The notes below the pieces were generated by a model. That model searched no databases and was not told the origin of the DNA. It was given only the letters and a program-made list of their open reading frames with translations. Shown here in pieces: positions 20,098 through 30,461 of a DNA stretch of 64,000 nucleotides. A program made the translations under genes and the position numbers. Within the stretch, counting starts at the first letter, position 1; every line of letters starts with the position of its first letter. This DNA is from Bacilli bacterium (GTDB lineage: Bacteria > Bacillota_I > Bacilli_A > RF39 > UBA660): positions 65,225-129,224 of the forward strand of contig JBKDZP010000008.1 of NCBI GenBank assembly GCA_047971315.1, given 5' to 3'.

Positions 20098-20868
20098 TTA
20101 TAAATTATTTCTAAATTCTTTTAATGCTTGCAAAAAATCTTCATTTTTCTTAATATCTAGACTAATCGGTGGCATGTCTAATGTTTGTTCTAAACTATTT
20201 ATTTCTATATTATTTTCAAAAGTAAATTCACCTAAATATTCTTCTATATTTTGATTATTGTATTCATCTTTGAAATATTCATCAAAATCAAAATGCAATT
20301 GTTGTTTTGTTTCAAAACTAGGAACTGTAGGATATTCAAGATGTTCATTCATCTTTCCATATACTGGTGATAAAAATTCGGTTTTTTTAAATTTTTTAAA
20401 ATCATCTGTCTCAATTACTGGTTTTATAGTTTCTCTAATTTGTTCTACTGGTTCTTCTATTTTTGTAATTAATTCTGGAAGTTTTTTAGTTTCAATTTTG
20501 CTATTTTTTTTATTACTTGTTTTATTTTTTATTAATTCTTGATAACTAATAATTGATTTTTCTTCTTGTTCTTGTTCAAAATTAGCAACAATTTCATCTG
20601 GTTTTGTTTCTAAATCTTTTTGCATTTTCGCTAACATTTCTTCAATTTCAGTTGGTTTCACTTCTGTAACAGCCCCTTTTACTTCTTGAATTGGTTTTAA
20701 ATCTACAAGGTTACTAATTATATCATTTATTTCTTCTTCGTCTCTTTTTTTATCTTTATATATTATATAAAAAATACTAAATATTATAAATAAAAATACA
20801 ACTATAGACGACCCAATTATCATTCCAGTATTTGTAATCTCTAACATTTTATCACTCCATATATTCAT
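20098..20868 (-). CDS. Hypothetical membrane-anchored acidic protein
   Basis: 256 aa; N-terminal TM segment MIIGSSIVVFLFIIFSIFYIIY, followed by a Glu/Lys-rich region. Confidence 0.4.
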   Translation of the reverse strand: MNIWSDKMLEITNTGMIIGSSIVVFLFIIFSIFYIIYKDKKRDEEEINDIISNLVDLKPIQEVKGAVTEVKPTEIEEMLAKMQKDLETKPDEIVANFEQEQEEKSIISYQELIKNKTSNKKNSKIETKKLPELITKIEEPVEQIRETIKPVIETDDFKKFKKTEFLSPVYGKMNEHLEYPTVPSFETKQQLHFDFDEYFKDEYNNQNIEEYLGEFTFENNIEINSLEQTLDMPPISLDIKKNEDFLQALKEFRNNL

Positions 20869-21565
20869 AATTTATTATACTTAACAAAAATATAGGTACG
20901 GTTTCAACTCTCATAATATTATTTCCAAGCGTTGTACTAGATGCCCCAAGATCAATCAAAAAGTTCTCTTCTTTTGTTGATAAGCCACCTTCAGGTCCGA
21001 TTACTATATTTATTTTATCACACTTTTTGTTTTTTTTCAAAAGGGAATTTATATTTAATGTTTCTTCTTTTGTACTACATAGTATAGTTAATCCCTCAAA
21101 CTTTGTCAATTGTTTTAAATTTTTTATTTCGGTAATTATTGGAATTTCATCTCTAAGTGATTGTTCACTTGCTTCTTTTACTATTTTTTGCCATCTTGTT
21201 ATTTTCTTATCATATTTTTCATTATCAATTTTAATTATACTTCTTTCAGTAATTAATGGAACTATTTCAAATATTCCAAGTTCTGTTGCTTTTTGCAAAA
21301 CAAAATCAAATTTTTGTTCTTTTAATAGTGGTAAATAAAGAGTAATAGTTGGTGTTGGATTATTTTTTTGAACTTCAACACTATCTATTATTACTTTAAT
21401 ATCATTATTAACATTTTCAATATGACACATATATACAATTTTTTTATATACAATTTGAATTTTATCATTATCTTTCATTCTCATTACTGTTTTAATATGA
21501 TAATAATCACTTGAATCTAATTCAAATACGTAATTTTGTTTATTTTTTGCGAAATATCTTTGCAT
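20852..21565 (-). CDS. rsmE: 16S rRNA (uracil1498-N3)-methyltransferase RsmE
   Basis: 237 aa; MQRYFA N-terminus; PUA-like N-domain plus SPOUT-family C-domain with GPEGG. Confidence 0.8.
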   Translation of the reverse strand: MQRYFAKNKQNYVFELDSSDYYHIKTVMRMKDNDKIQIVYKKIVYMCHIENVNNDIKVIIDSVEVQKNNPTPTITLYLPLLKEQKFDFVLQKATELGIFEIVPLITERSIIKIDNEKYDKKITRWQKIVKEASEQSLRDEIPIITEIKNLKQLTKFEGLTILCSTKEETLNINSLLKKNKKCDKINIVIGPEGGLSTKEENFLIDLGASSTTLGNNIMRVETVPIFLLSIINYEYME

Positions 21566-21666
21566 TTGCTTTCACCATAAACATTGTATCAAATATTTAA
21601 TAAATAAAATATATATATTATACAATTTGTCACAATTTTACAAAATAAAAATAAGATTTATAAATC

Positions 21667-21975
21667 TTATTTATTTTCATTTATCCAATTAGTAAGTGTA
21701 TCTTTTGGCATATATCCACTTTTTGTAGCTATTTTCTTTCCTTCTTTAAAAAGAATTAAGGTAGGCACACTCATTACTCCGAAATTTCTAGCTAAATCAT
21801 TACATTCATCAACATCAATTTTAACTATTTTTATAGAGTCTCTATCACTTGCTAATTCTTCTAATACAGGTGTTAACATTTTACAAGGTCCGCACCATGT
21901 AGCAAAAAAGTCTACCAAAACTAAATCTTTACTTACTAAATCATTAAAATTTTCTTCATTTCCATGTAATAACAT
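21667..21975 (-). CDS. trxA: Thioredoxin
   Basis: 102 aa with the WCGPC active site. Confidence 0.85.
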   Translation of the reverse strand: MLLHGNEENFNDLVSKDLVLVDFFATWCGPCKMLTPVLEELASDRDSIKIVKIDVDECNDLARNFGVMSVPTLILFKEGKKIATKSGYMPKDTLTNWINENK

Positions 21976-21976
21976 T

Positions 21977-22726
21977 TTAATCCTCCTTTATGCATTCATC
22001 ACTATTTTTTGTATCTTCTCTATAACACTTCAATACATCCTCAACTGTATCAATTTTTATTTTACCTAATTTAATTAATTTATCTACATTTTCTATAGTA
22101 ACTATATTATATTTTAAAAATAAATCAAGTGTTTCTTTATTAAATTCAGCTGCATTTGGTGTTGTTTCATATTTATCTTTAAGTGATACAAATTCTTCAA
22201 TTACATTCATTGAATCTTTAGAAAAATTAGAAAGTACTGGAGTATTATTTAATATATAGTCTTTGTATTTTGATTCATTTAATACATCAATATTGAATAC
22301 TGGTAAATTTAATATATATAAAGCAATAAAAATCCAAACAATTGCTTCTATTAAACCTATTAAAGCCCCTAAAATTTTTGATGGAAATCCAAGTAGTATG
22401 GTAAAACTTAACATCTTTTCAAAAATTGAAGATGTGAATTTTAAAAGTTTTAATACTAACATTAAAATACCCATTACAATAATTAATGCGACAAATTCAT
22501 ATAGTGCTATATTTAATACAGTTACACCTTTTATAATTCCACCAAATGGAAAAAATGGTAAGTGTTCATATAAAATAACTGATACAGGATTTTTTAGTAA
22601 AAATGACAAAATTACTATTACAAATATTCCTAAAAATGATATAACTTCCTTTGTAAAACCTCTTTTAAATCCAACTACAGCTCCAAAACCAAGTATAAGT
22701 AAGATAATTGCATCGACTATATTCAT
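21977..22726 (-). CDS. cvpA: CvpA-family membrane protein (colicin V production protein-like)
   Basis: N-terminus MNIVDAIILLILGFGAVVGFKRGF is typical of CvpA; multi-TM. Confidence 0.7.
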   Translation of the reverse strand: MNIVDAIILLILGFGAVVGFKRGFTKEVISFLGIFVIVILSFLLKNPVSVILYEHLPFFPFGGIIKGVTVLNIALYEFVALIIVMGILMLVLKLLKFTSSIFEKMLSFTILLGFPSKILGALIGLIEAIVWIFIALYILNLPVFNIDVLNESKYKDYILNNTPVLSNFSKDSMNVIEEFVSLKDKYETTPNAAEFNKETLDLFLKYNIVTIENVDKLIKLGKIKIDTVEDVLKCYREDTKNSDECIKED

Positions 22727-22796
22727 TTAATCCTCATTCCCTTCTTTATTAATTATATTACAAATTTAGAAAAAAATAAAGGATTTTAAATTTTTT

Positions 22797-23762
22797 GTGA
22801 TAGAATATATATGGAGGGATGATATGACAATCTCATTTAAAATAAGTGATAATACAAAAGAAAAAATGATTAAATATTTTGAAGATAAAAAAAGAGTAAA
22901 AACCCCAGCTTATGCTATTTTTCAAGCTGATGAAGAAGATAGTGTTGTGACATTGTATGAATCTGGTAAAGTTGTGTTTCAAGGAATTAGTGCGGATATT
23001 GATTCTGCTATGTGGAAACAAACTGAAAAGAATTTAAATCCCAATGTTATAATTGAAGAAAAAAATAGTGATAATAAGGATAAATCAGAAAAAGATAAAA
23101 TAGTAATTGATCCTAAAATTTATAATGCAACGACTATAGGTTCTGATGAAGTCGGAACTGGTGATTATTTTGGGCCAATTGTTGTAACAGCTGCATATGT
23201 AAATAAAGAACATATTTCTTTTTTAGAAAATTTAGGTGTTACAGATTCTAAAAAATTAACTGATATTAAAATATTAAAGATTGTTCCTGAAATTATAAAA
23301 AAAATTCCTTATGCATGTTTTGTTTTATCTAATAAAGAATTTAATCAAAATAAAGATATAAATATGAATAAAACTAAAGCAATTTTACATAATAAAGTTT
23401 TATTAAAAATGACTCAAGATTATAAAGATACAGAGTATGTAGTAGTTGATGAATTTGCTCAAAAATTTGTATATTATAGTTATTTAAAAGATATTCCTGA
23501 AGTATATAGAAAAATAACTTTTATGACTAAAGCTGAAAGTAAATGTTTATCAGTAGCTTGCGCATCTTTAATTAGTAGATATGTTTTCTTAAAAGAATAT
23601 GAAAAATTAGAAAAAAATTATGGAATTATTTTCCCAAAAGGCGCTGGAGCAAATGTAGATGAAGTTGGAGCTAATTTAGTGAAAAAATATGGTTTTGAAT
23701 TATTAAATGATATTGCTAAAGTTAGTTTTAAAAATACTGACAAAATTAAAAATAAATTATAA
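22797..23762 (+). CDS. rnhC: Ribonuclease HIII
   Basis: 321 aa; N-terminal substrate-binding domain plus RNase HII-fold catalytic region GSDEVGTGDYFGPIVVTAAYV. Confidence 0.8.
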   Translation: MIEYIWRDDMTISFKISDNTKEKMIKYFEDKKRVKTPAYAIFQADEEDSVVTLYESGKVVFQGISADIDSAMWKQTEKNLNPNVIIEEKNSDNKDKSEKDKIVIDPKIYNATTIGSDEVGTGDYFGPIVVTAAYVNKEHISFLENLGVTDSKKLTDIKILKIVPEIIKKIPYACFVLSNKEFNQNKDINMNKTKAILHNKVLLKMTQDYKDTEYVVVDEFAQKFVYYSYLKDIPEVYRKITFMTKAESKCLSVACASLISRYVFLKEYEKLEKNYGIIFPKGAGANVDEVGANLVKKYGFELLNDIAKVSFKNTDKIKNKL

Positions 23763-23784
23763 ATAAAAAAGGCTGATTGAAAAA

Positions 23785-25104
23785 TTATATTTCAATACAG
23801 TCTTTTTTTTCTAACAATTTAATTAATTCATTTTCTAATACTGAAATATCATTTGGGCTCATAAATAATATTACAGAATTTTCATATTCACTTAATAATG
23901 CAGCATCGTCTAATTTTATAGACTTACCATTTTTTAATTTATCTAATATAATGCTTGAGGTAATACCTGGGTACCTTTCTTGATTTTCACGAGATGGATG
24001 AATATCCATTATAAAAGACGCATCCGCATTGTTTAATACATTAACAAAATCTTCTGCGAATTCCTCTGTTCTACTAAAAGTATGTGGTTGAAAAACAGAA
24101 ATTATTTTTTTACTAGGATATTTTTGTTTTGCAGCTTTTAATGTTGCCTTGACTTCGTTTGGATGATGAGCATAATCATCTATAATTATATTATTACCTA
24201 CTTTAGTTTCAACAAATCTTCTTTTAGCTCCTTTAAACTTTTTTAGTTCACGAGATACATCTTTTGCAGAAATTCTTTCATAATAACAAGTACCAATTAC
24301 AGCTAAGGCATCTAATAGCATATGTTTCCCATAAATTGGCAAATCAAAATATCCATAATAATTACCTTCAATTGTAACTTCAAAACAAATTCCATCTTCT
24401 TTATATTCAACATCTGTTGCTCTTATATCATTATCTTCGTCTAATCCATAAAAGAAAATTGGTTTATTAACTTGTAGATAATGTGTATATGAATCATCAC
24501 CACATGCTATTACCATTTTTTCTGCTTTATTACAAAAATTTGTATATGCATCAATTACATCATCAATATCTTTAAAGTAATCAACATGATCTAAATCAAT
24601 ATTTGTAATAATAGCATACACTGGATTATATTCTAAAAAATGTCGTCTATATTCACAAGCTTCTAAAACAAATAATTCATTTTCTGCACATGCACTACCT
24701 GTCCCATCTCCAATTAAATAATTACATCCTAAAATTGAATCTAATACTTGTGAGAACATTGTTGTTGTTGTTGTTTTACCATGACATCCAGCAACACATA
24801 TAGACTTAAATTTTCGACTTAAACTTCCAACCATCTGATTATAAGAAAATATATTTAAATCTAATTCTTTTGATTTTTTTACCTCAGGATTTGTATCATC
24901 AAAAGCAGGCCCTTGTACTATTTTCATACCTTCTTTGATATTATTTTCATCAAATGGTAAAATAGTAATGTTTGAATCTTCTAATCCAATTTGCGTAAAA
25001 AAGTGTTTTTCTAAATCACTTCCTTGAACATCATATCCCAATTGTTTCATAATTTGTGCAAGTGCACTCATTCCAGACCCTTTTATTCCTATAAAATGAT
25101 ACAT
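23785..25104 (-). CDS. murC: UDP-N-acetylmuramate--L-alanine ligase MurC
   Basis: MYHFIGIKGSGMSALAQIM...GSD N-terminus, Mur ligase P-loop GCHGKTTTT. Confidence 0.9.
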   Translation of the reverse strand: MYHFIGIKGSGMSALAQIMKQLGYDVQGSDLEKHFFTQIGLEDSNITILPFDENNIKEGMKIVQGPAFDDTNPEVKKSKELDLNIFSYNQMVGSLSRKFKSICVAGCHGKTTTTTMFSQVLDSILGCNYLIGDGTGSACAENELFVLEACEYRRHFLEYNPVYAIITNIDLDHVDYFKDIDDVIDAYTNFCNKAEKMVIACGDDSYTHYLQVNKPIFFYGLDEDNDIRATDVEYKEDGICFEVTIEGNYYGYFDLPIYGKHMLLDALAVIGTCYYERISAKDVSRELKKFKGAKRRFVETKVGNNIIIDDYAHHPNEVKATLKAAKQKYPSKKIISVFQPHTFSRTEEFAEDFVNVLNNADASFIMDIHPSRENQERYPGITSSIILDKLKNGKSIKLDDAALLSEYENSVILFMSPNDISVLENELIKLLEKKDCIEI

Positions 25105-25134
25105 ACCTATTCTCCTGTCTATTTTCTTGTTGTT

Positions 25135-25332
25135 CTATTCAACACAAGTACCTTCTCCAAGATTTATTCCTTCAACAAAAACTTTATCTACTAAAGTACA
25201 TGAATTTTTAGTTGTTGAATCTTTTAAATAACTACCAAATAAATTTACAACACTACCAGCAACTACACTAGTCAGTGCAATTATAAATAAATATTCTACT
25301 AATGTTTGTCCACTATTATCTGATTTTTTCAT
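25135..25332 (-). CDS. Flp/Fap-family type IVb pilin-like small protein (orphan)
   Basis: 65 aa MKKSDNSGQTLVEYLFIIALTSVVAG... The Flp motif is G/(x)TxVEY followed by a hydrophobic helix. It lies 30 nt upstream of murC, and no tad machinery is in the window. Confidence 0.5.
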   Translation of the reverse strand: MKKSDNSGQTLVEYLFIIALTSVVAGSVVNLFGSYLKDSTTKNSCTLVDKVFVEGINLGEGTCVE

Positions 25333-25603
25333 ATTGTCCTCCTACTATTTTTACTATATATATAGTATACTTTTTTCTATTTTTTGTCAAACATTTTATC
25401 CATATTCAAAATATATAATATATAAATATTTCTAAATAAACTTTTATTTTTCTTTTATAACTTAATTTATTTTGTTATTCTATTGAATAATTTTTATAAA
25501 TTTATTATATAACACAATGATTAATCAGCTAAAGATTCTAATAATTTAATAAACTAAAAAAAATGAGAAATATATAATTTCCCATTAATTTAATATTTAT
25601 CAA

Positions 25604-26305
25604 TTAGTCCCTTCTATTATTAAATATTAGAATAAGTCTTAATAAACTTAGTAGTGACGAAATTACACTAGCTACATAAGTTAATGCTGCGGCACTCAGC
25701 ATTGAGTGAACACCTTCTGCTTCACCACTATAAACTACATTTAGATTTTTCAATTCTTGCTCTGCTCTAGATGATGCATCAAACTCAACTGGTAAAGTAA
25801 TAATTTGAAAAACTAAAGTAGCAAGTATTAGAACTATTCCAACCAATAAATATCCTGTAATTCCTGCTATAATTGAAATCAATAATACAAAATATCCTAA
25901 GTATGATACTAAATTTACAACTGGAACTAAAAATCCTCTAATTCTCATAAATATATAGTTTTCTTTATCTTGAATAGCATGGCCACATTCATGAGCTGAA
26001 ACTGCCATTGCTGCAATTGATGTACCATTAAATATTTCTTCAGATAATCTAAGTACTTTTCTTGAAGGATCATAATGGTCAGTTAACTGACCTTTTACTG
26101 CAACTATATGCATATTATTTAGACCATGTTTATCCAAAATCATTCTAGCTATTTCAAATCCAGATAGATTTTTATTATTTTTTATATTTTTACTAATTGC
26201 ATAAGTTTTATTTATTTTTAATTGAGCATATATTACTATTATAAACCCAATTATTGCAAGTAAAACAGTAAAAGAATTTTCAAATCTTAATGTAAATAAA
26301 TTCAT
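25604..26305 (-). CDS. Putative neutral zinc metallopeptidase, membrane-associated (YugP/Zn_peptidase_2-like)
   Basis: HECGHAIQ (HExxH), hydrophobic N- and C-terminal segments, 233 aa. Confidence 0.7.
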   Translation of the reverse strand: MNLFTLRFENSFTVLLAIIGFIIVIYAQLKINKTYAISKNIKNNKNLSGFEIARMILDKHGLNNMHIVAVKGQLTDHYDPSRKVLRLSEEIFNGTSIAAMAVSAHECGHAIQDKENYIFMRIRGFLVPVVNLVSYLGYFVLLISIIAGITGYLLVGIVLILATLVFQIITLPVEFDASSRAEQELKNLNVVYSGEAEGVHSMLSAAALTYVASVISSLLSLLRLILIFNNRRD

Positions 26306-26307
26306 AA

Positions 26308-27714
26308 TTACCTCTTTTCTAATTCATATAAAGTACCATCTTTTGTATCTTTTAAGATAATCCCTTTAACAAGCAGTTCATTTCTTATTTTATCTGCTAA
26401 CTCAAAATTTTTATTATTTTTAGCTTCACTTCTTTTTTTTATTTCATCTAATATATATATTTCTAATTTACTATCTATACTTATAGTAAAATCATTTAAT
26501 AAATTTAATGATAATACTTTATCAAATTCTTTTATTAATTCAAGTTTTGTATTGTTTGATATACTATCTTTAATTACATCATAAAGTAATGTTATTGCAT
26601 TTGCTGTATTTAAATCATCTTGAAGATAAAGTTTAAATCTATTTGTATATTTTAATACAGCTTCACTATCAATACTACAACCTGGATTTAATTTTATTAT
26701 AGAAATCTTATTTAATAATTTTTCATAAGCAATAGCTGCACTATCTAAATTATCATAACTAAATAATAATACTTTACGGTAATGTGAATTTAAACAAAAA
26801 AAACGATAAACTAACGGATTATATCCTTTTGTTTCTAACAATGATAAAGTCAAAAATTCCCCTTTTGATTTACTCATTTTTCCTGTACTGTCATTTAAGA
26901 ATTCTCCATGGCACCAAAAATTACACCCTTTATGTCCTAAATAAGCTTCACTTTGAGCAATTTCATTTGTTTGATGGGGAAAAATGTTATCTACACCACC
27001 ACAATGAATATCTAAATACTCTCCTAAATATTTTATGCTTATTCCTGAACATTCAATATGCCAACCAGGATATCCAATTCCAAATGGCGAATCCCATTTT
27101 AATTCTTGATTATCAAATTTTGATTTTGTGAACCAAAGTACAAAGTCAGCCTGATTTTTTTTTGCTGTATCTTCTTCTACCCCAACTCTAGCACCTACTA
27201 CCATTTCATCAATTTTATGATTAGTTAATTTATAATAATCATCTAATTTTGCTGTGTCAAAATAAATATTTCCATTAGATTTATAAGCATATCCATCAAT
27301 TAATAATTTTTCAATTATTTTTATGTATTGCTCTATATTATCCGTTGCTTTACTTAATATAGTAGGGATTTTATTATTTATTTTTTCCATATCATCTAAA
27401 AATAATTTTGTGTAATAATCTGCTATTTCTAAAACGGTTTTATTTTCTCTTTTAGCGCCTTTAAGCATTTTATCTTCACCAGTATCAGAATCACTACTAA
27501 GATGTCCTACATCTGTAATATTCATTACTCTTTTTACTTCATAACCAACGTAGTTTAAGGTTTTTTCTAAAACATCTTCAAATATATAAGTACGTAGATT
27601 TCCAATATGAGCATTATGATATACTGTTGGACCACAAGTGTAAAGTTTTACTTGATTTTTTTCTACTGGAACAAAGTTTTTAATAGAATGTGTTAAGGTA
27701 TTATATAGTTTCAT
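26308..27714 (-). CDS. cysS: Cysteine--tRNA ligase
   Basis: Class I HIGH motif as YTCGPTVYHNAHIGNLRTY; KMSKS present; 468 aa. Confidence 0.9.
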   Translation of the reverse strand: MKLYNTLTHSIKNFVPVEKNQVKLYTCGPTVYHNAHIGNLRTYIFEDVLEKTLNYVGYEVKRVMNITDVGHLSSDSDTGEDKMLKGAKRENKTVLEIADYYTKLFLDDMEKINNKIPTILSKATDNIEQYIKIIEKLLIDGYAYKSNGNIYFDTAKLDDYYKLTNHKIDEMVVGARVGVEEDTAKKNQADFVLWFTKSKFDNQELKWDSPFGIGYPGWHIECSGISIKYLGEYLDIHCGGVDNIFPHQTNEIAQSEAYLGHKGCNFWCHGEFLNDSTGKMSKSKGEFLTLSLLETKGYNPLVYRFFCLNSHYRKVLLFSYDNLDSAAIAYEKLLNKISIIKLNPGCSIDSEAVLKYTNRFKLYLQDDLNTANAITLLYDVIKDSISNNTKLELIKEFDKVLSLNLLNDFTISIDSKLEIYILDEIKKRSEAKNNKNFELADKIRNELLVKGIILKDTKDGTLYELEKR

Positions 27715-27845
27715 AGTATCACCTTTCTTTATTTAAAATTATATCATAAATATTATTTCAATACAATTAATATGAATTTAATAGTTATTATAGAATATAA
27801 TTATATTGGATTTGATAAATTTTATCAAAAGTTTTATTAAATTTA

Positions 27846-27874
27846 TTGCAAATTTAATTTATGTATGATATTAT
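27846..27874 (+). promoter_or_regulatory. Sigma-A-type promoter for the tRNA pair
   Basis: TTGCAA (-35), 17-nt spacer, TG-n-TATTAT extended -10; it ends about 20 nt upstream of the tRNA 5' end. Confidence 0.45.
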
Positions 27875-27893
27875 ATAAAAGCAGTGATGCAAT

Positions 27894-27970
27894 GGACCCT
27901 TAGCTCAGTTGGTTAGAGCATCCGGCTCATAACCGGACGGTCGTAGGTTCGAGTCCTACAGGGTCCACCA
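27894..27970 (+). tRNA. tRNA with CAT anticodon (elongator Met, or Ile2 if lysidinylated), CCA encoded
   Basis: Cloverleaf seen directly: the acceptor stem GGACCCT pairs with AGGGTCC, the anticodon loop is ctCATaa, the T-arm is GGTTCGAGTCC, and the 3' ACCA is encoded. The 1:72 pair is G-C, which argues against initiator tRNA. Confidence 0.85.
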
Positions 27971-27979
27971 TTTTAAATT

Positions 27980-28064
27980 GCGGGTGTGGCGAAATTGGCA
28001 GACGCACTAGACTTAGGATCTAGCGCTTTACGGCATGGGGGTTCAAGTCCCTTCACCCGCACCA
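27980..28064 (+). tRNA. tRNA-Leu (TAG anticodon), class II with long variable arm, CCA encoded
   Basis: 85 nt. The acceptor stem GCGGGTG pairs with CACCCGC, the anticodon loop is ctTAGga, and the T-arm is GGTTCAAGTCC with CCA following. Confidence 0.85.
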
Positions 28065-28509
28065 GAGTGTATACAAACTCGAACTTTCTCGAACTTTTGG
28101 TTTGATTATTAAGTTCGAGTTTTAATATGCCTAAAAATATGATAACATATTTATGTAATAAATCACACCATTATTGGATGTACCAATAGTATAGTGTGTT
28201 ACTCTTTTGTCAGGAGGAATAATATGAATAGTATAAAGTTATACAAAATTCTAAATATATTGAAAATTTTGATGAAATAGTAATTAAATAAATAAAAAGG
28301 ATGTGAATTAAATAGGTAATAAAACAATTTTAGAAATGCAAAAAGAAGTTGTGAATGGGCTAATCAATTTGAAAAACCGTACTTTTCACCATTATCTAGA
28401 ATGGCTGCTTTAACTGAAGAAATAGGAGATATATTATTTTCTTTAATTTGTACTTCCACCATAAGGGCACCATTAGAAAAATATTCGAACTTTATAAGGT
28501 TCGTTTTTT

Positions 28510-28788
28510 TTATAAAGTTTTTACATTAATTTTAGAACTATTATCATTTGTATTTAATTGCACTAAAAATTCATCTAGTTTACTAAAATTATCACCAATT
28601 AATAATATGTCATCAAAATCAGTACTTTTAATTATACGATATCGCTTAGTAAATTTTTCTTCATTTAGAATATAGTTTCTAGCACACTCTAATGCTTCTA
28701 TTAAATTTGTAAATTTTTTACATTCCCAACGTCCTAATTCATTTACTAGATATAATTTAATATTTTCTTTTTTATTTATTTTTTTCAT
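28510..28788 (-). CDS. Hypothetical small protein
   Basis: 92-aa ORF with no recognisable motif; a hairpin plus T-run lies at its 3' end (about 28484-28512). Confidence 0.3.
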   Translation of the reverse strand: MKKINKKENIKLYLVNELGRWECKKFTNLIEALECARNYILNEEKFTKRYRIIKSTDFDDILLIGDNFSKLDEFLVQLNTNDNSSKINVKTL

Positions 28789-28861
28789 AAACCCACTTTC
28801 TTGTTAAATAAAACAATAATATTTATTACTGTTTTATTTAAGTATATTATAATAATACATT

Positions 28862-29986
28862 TTAATACCCAAAAAAATTATTTTTTGACAAATTTATATT
28901 ATCATAATACATATATGAATCATGTCCAACTGCCCATGCAGATGTACTTCCACCATGAAATGTTGAAAAATAAAATGTATCAATCATATCACCATTTGTA
29001 GATAATCTAATATTTGTAATATCTACTACTAATATATCATTTATCCATATCTTCACAACAGCATCATATTTATTTGGCTCAATATTCATTTTCACATATT
29101 CTTTAATGTTATACCACTTATTTCTAGAAAACTGTACTTGAGAACCATTACTCATAAATGCAATATCATCACCATATGAACCTGTTTTATCAGCATGATA
29201 CAAATATAATTCTCCTAATCCTTCACTTCTCCACATAAATCTAGCTGAAAATCCATTTGTTCCATCACATATGAAGTCACTACCACATCTTTCTCCTCCA
29301 GTAATTCCTGGTAATTTACCACCTTTAGAACTACTTCCAAAGCTAAAATTTTCATCAAACATAAAATCATATGACATATAATATTCTATATTATCATTTA
29401 GGATAAATTCAACTTGCATTCCAGTTTGTTGCGGTCCATAACCACCTGCCGGGTAATATACTTGTAATATATTATTACCATTATCATCAATTATTTTAGT
29501 TCTAGTACTAAGTCCATTATCCCAGTTATCAGTTAATATTCCAAGTGCATTTAATTTACTTCTAGATAAACTTTCATTAATACTTAACGAACTAAAATCT
29601 AAATAAACTTCATACTCTTCTTTTTCATTTTCTATTTGTTCATCATTTGTATTAAAATCTATTTCATTATCAGTTGAATCTATAATATTACTTGTAGTTT
29701 CATCAGTAGCAATTCCTGTATTACCACTTACTCCACTACCAGTATTTATTGTAGTATTACTAAGATCAACTTCACTACCACTGACATTTAATTCACTACT
29801 AGAATCATCATTATTAATTTCATTATTTTCTTCAATAACAGATGTCTTATCATTTAAATCATTATTTTCAGTTTTTATATCATCAATATTAAAATTAGTC
29901 TTATTAATATATTTTATTAATAAAAAAGAAATTGTAATTATTATTAAAATTACACATGTTATTAATATATTTTTTTTATTAATCAT
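28862..29986 (-). CDS. Membrane-anchored/secreted protein with an Asn/Ser/Thr-rich linker and a C-terminal beta-rich globular domain (possible jelly-roll/lyase-like fold)
   Basis: N-terminal TM ILITCVILIIITISFLLI, a low-complexity acidic linker, and a C-terminal about 230-aa domain (GGKLPGITGGERCGSDFICDGTNGFSARFMWRSEG...). The family assignment is uncertain. Confidence 0.4.
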   Translation of the reverse strand: MINKKNILITCVILIIITISFLLIKYINKTNFNIDDIKTENNDLNDKTSVIEENNEINNDDSSSELNVSGSEVDLSNTTINTGSGVSGNTGIATDETTSNIIDSTDNEIDFNTNDEQIENEKEEYEVYLDFSSLSINESLSRSKLNALGILTDNWDNGLSTRTKIIDDNGNNILQVYYPAGGYGPQQTGMQVEFILNDNIEYYMSYDFMFDENFSFGSSSKGGKLPGITGGERCGSDFICDGTNGFSARFMWRSEGLGELYLYHADKTGSYGDDIAFMSNGSQVQFSRNKWYNIKEYVKMNIEPNKYDAVVKIWINDILVVDITNIRLSTNGDMIDTFYFSTFHGGSTSAWAVGHDSYMYYDNINLSKNNFFGY

Positions 29987-30041
29987 AGTTACTCCTTCAT
30001 TAATTTTAATTTATATAGAAAAAATTGTATTTCACTACAAT

Positions 30042-30461
30042 TTATTTTTGAATCATATTAAGTAAATTAATTTTAAATATATCTTTATCTGAATGTTGTT
30101 TAGAAACCATTACACCTTTATACGTTACTAATTCTGACTGATGTCCTTCAGTTAATATATCTTCTGGTGTTAATTTATCTAACATTATTATTTTTTCTGT
30201 TTCATATACAATATAATGTAACATTATATTACCATGTACTCTAGCAAATAATGTATCAGTTGGTAATTTAAGTTGATATTTAAATGTTCTATTTTCTGAA
30301 TTAGTTGAAACTAACTCACCTAATCTATTACCATCTTTTAATGAGGGGTAGAATTCAAAATAGAGTTTTTTATATGCCAGCATATTATATTTTTTAAGAG
30401 ATCTTTCTAATTTATGAAATTCATTTTCATTTGTATAATCAAATAAATAATTTTCTTTCAA
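30042..30461 (-). CDS. Hypothetical protein (139 aa)
   Basis: ORF only; it shows weak resemblance to RelE/ParE-fold toxins (…RVHGNIMLHYIVYETEKIIMLDKL…), which I cannot substantiate. Confidence 0.3.
   Translation of the reverse strand: MKENYLFDYTNENEFHKLERSLKKYNMLAYKKLYFEFYPSLKDGNRLGELVSTNSENRTFKYQLKLPTDTLFARVHGNIMLHYIVYETEKIIMLDKLTPEDILTEGHQSELVTYKGVMVSKQHSDKDIFKINLLNMIQK

Noticed and set aside
23763-23830. Imperfect hairpin between the convergent rnhC and murC ends as a bidirectional terminator
   Set aside because: The stem (ggctgattgaaa / tttcaatacagtc) is imperfect and overlaps the murC 3' coding end. It is plausible but too weak to list as a feature.
27715-27893. T-box riboswitch leader upstream of cysS
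   Set aside because: Only about 130 nt separate the cysS start from the divergent tRNA promoter, too short for a T-box. No specifier-loop/antiterminator T-box sequence (AGGGUGGNACCGCG-like) is seen.
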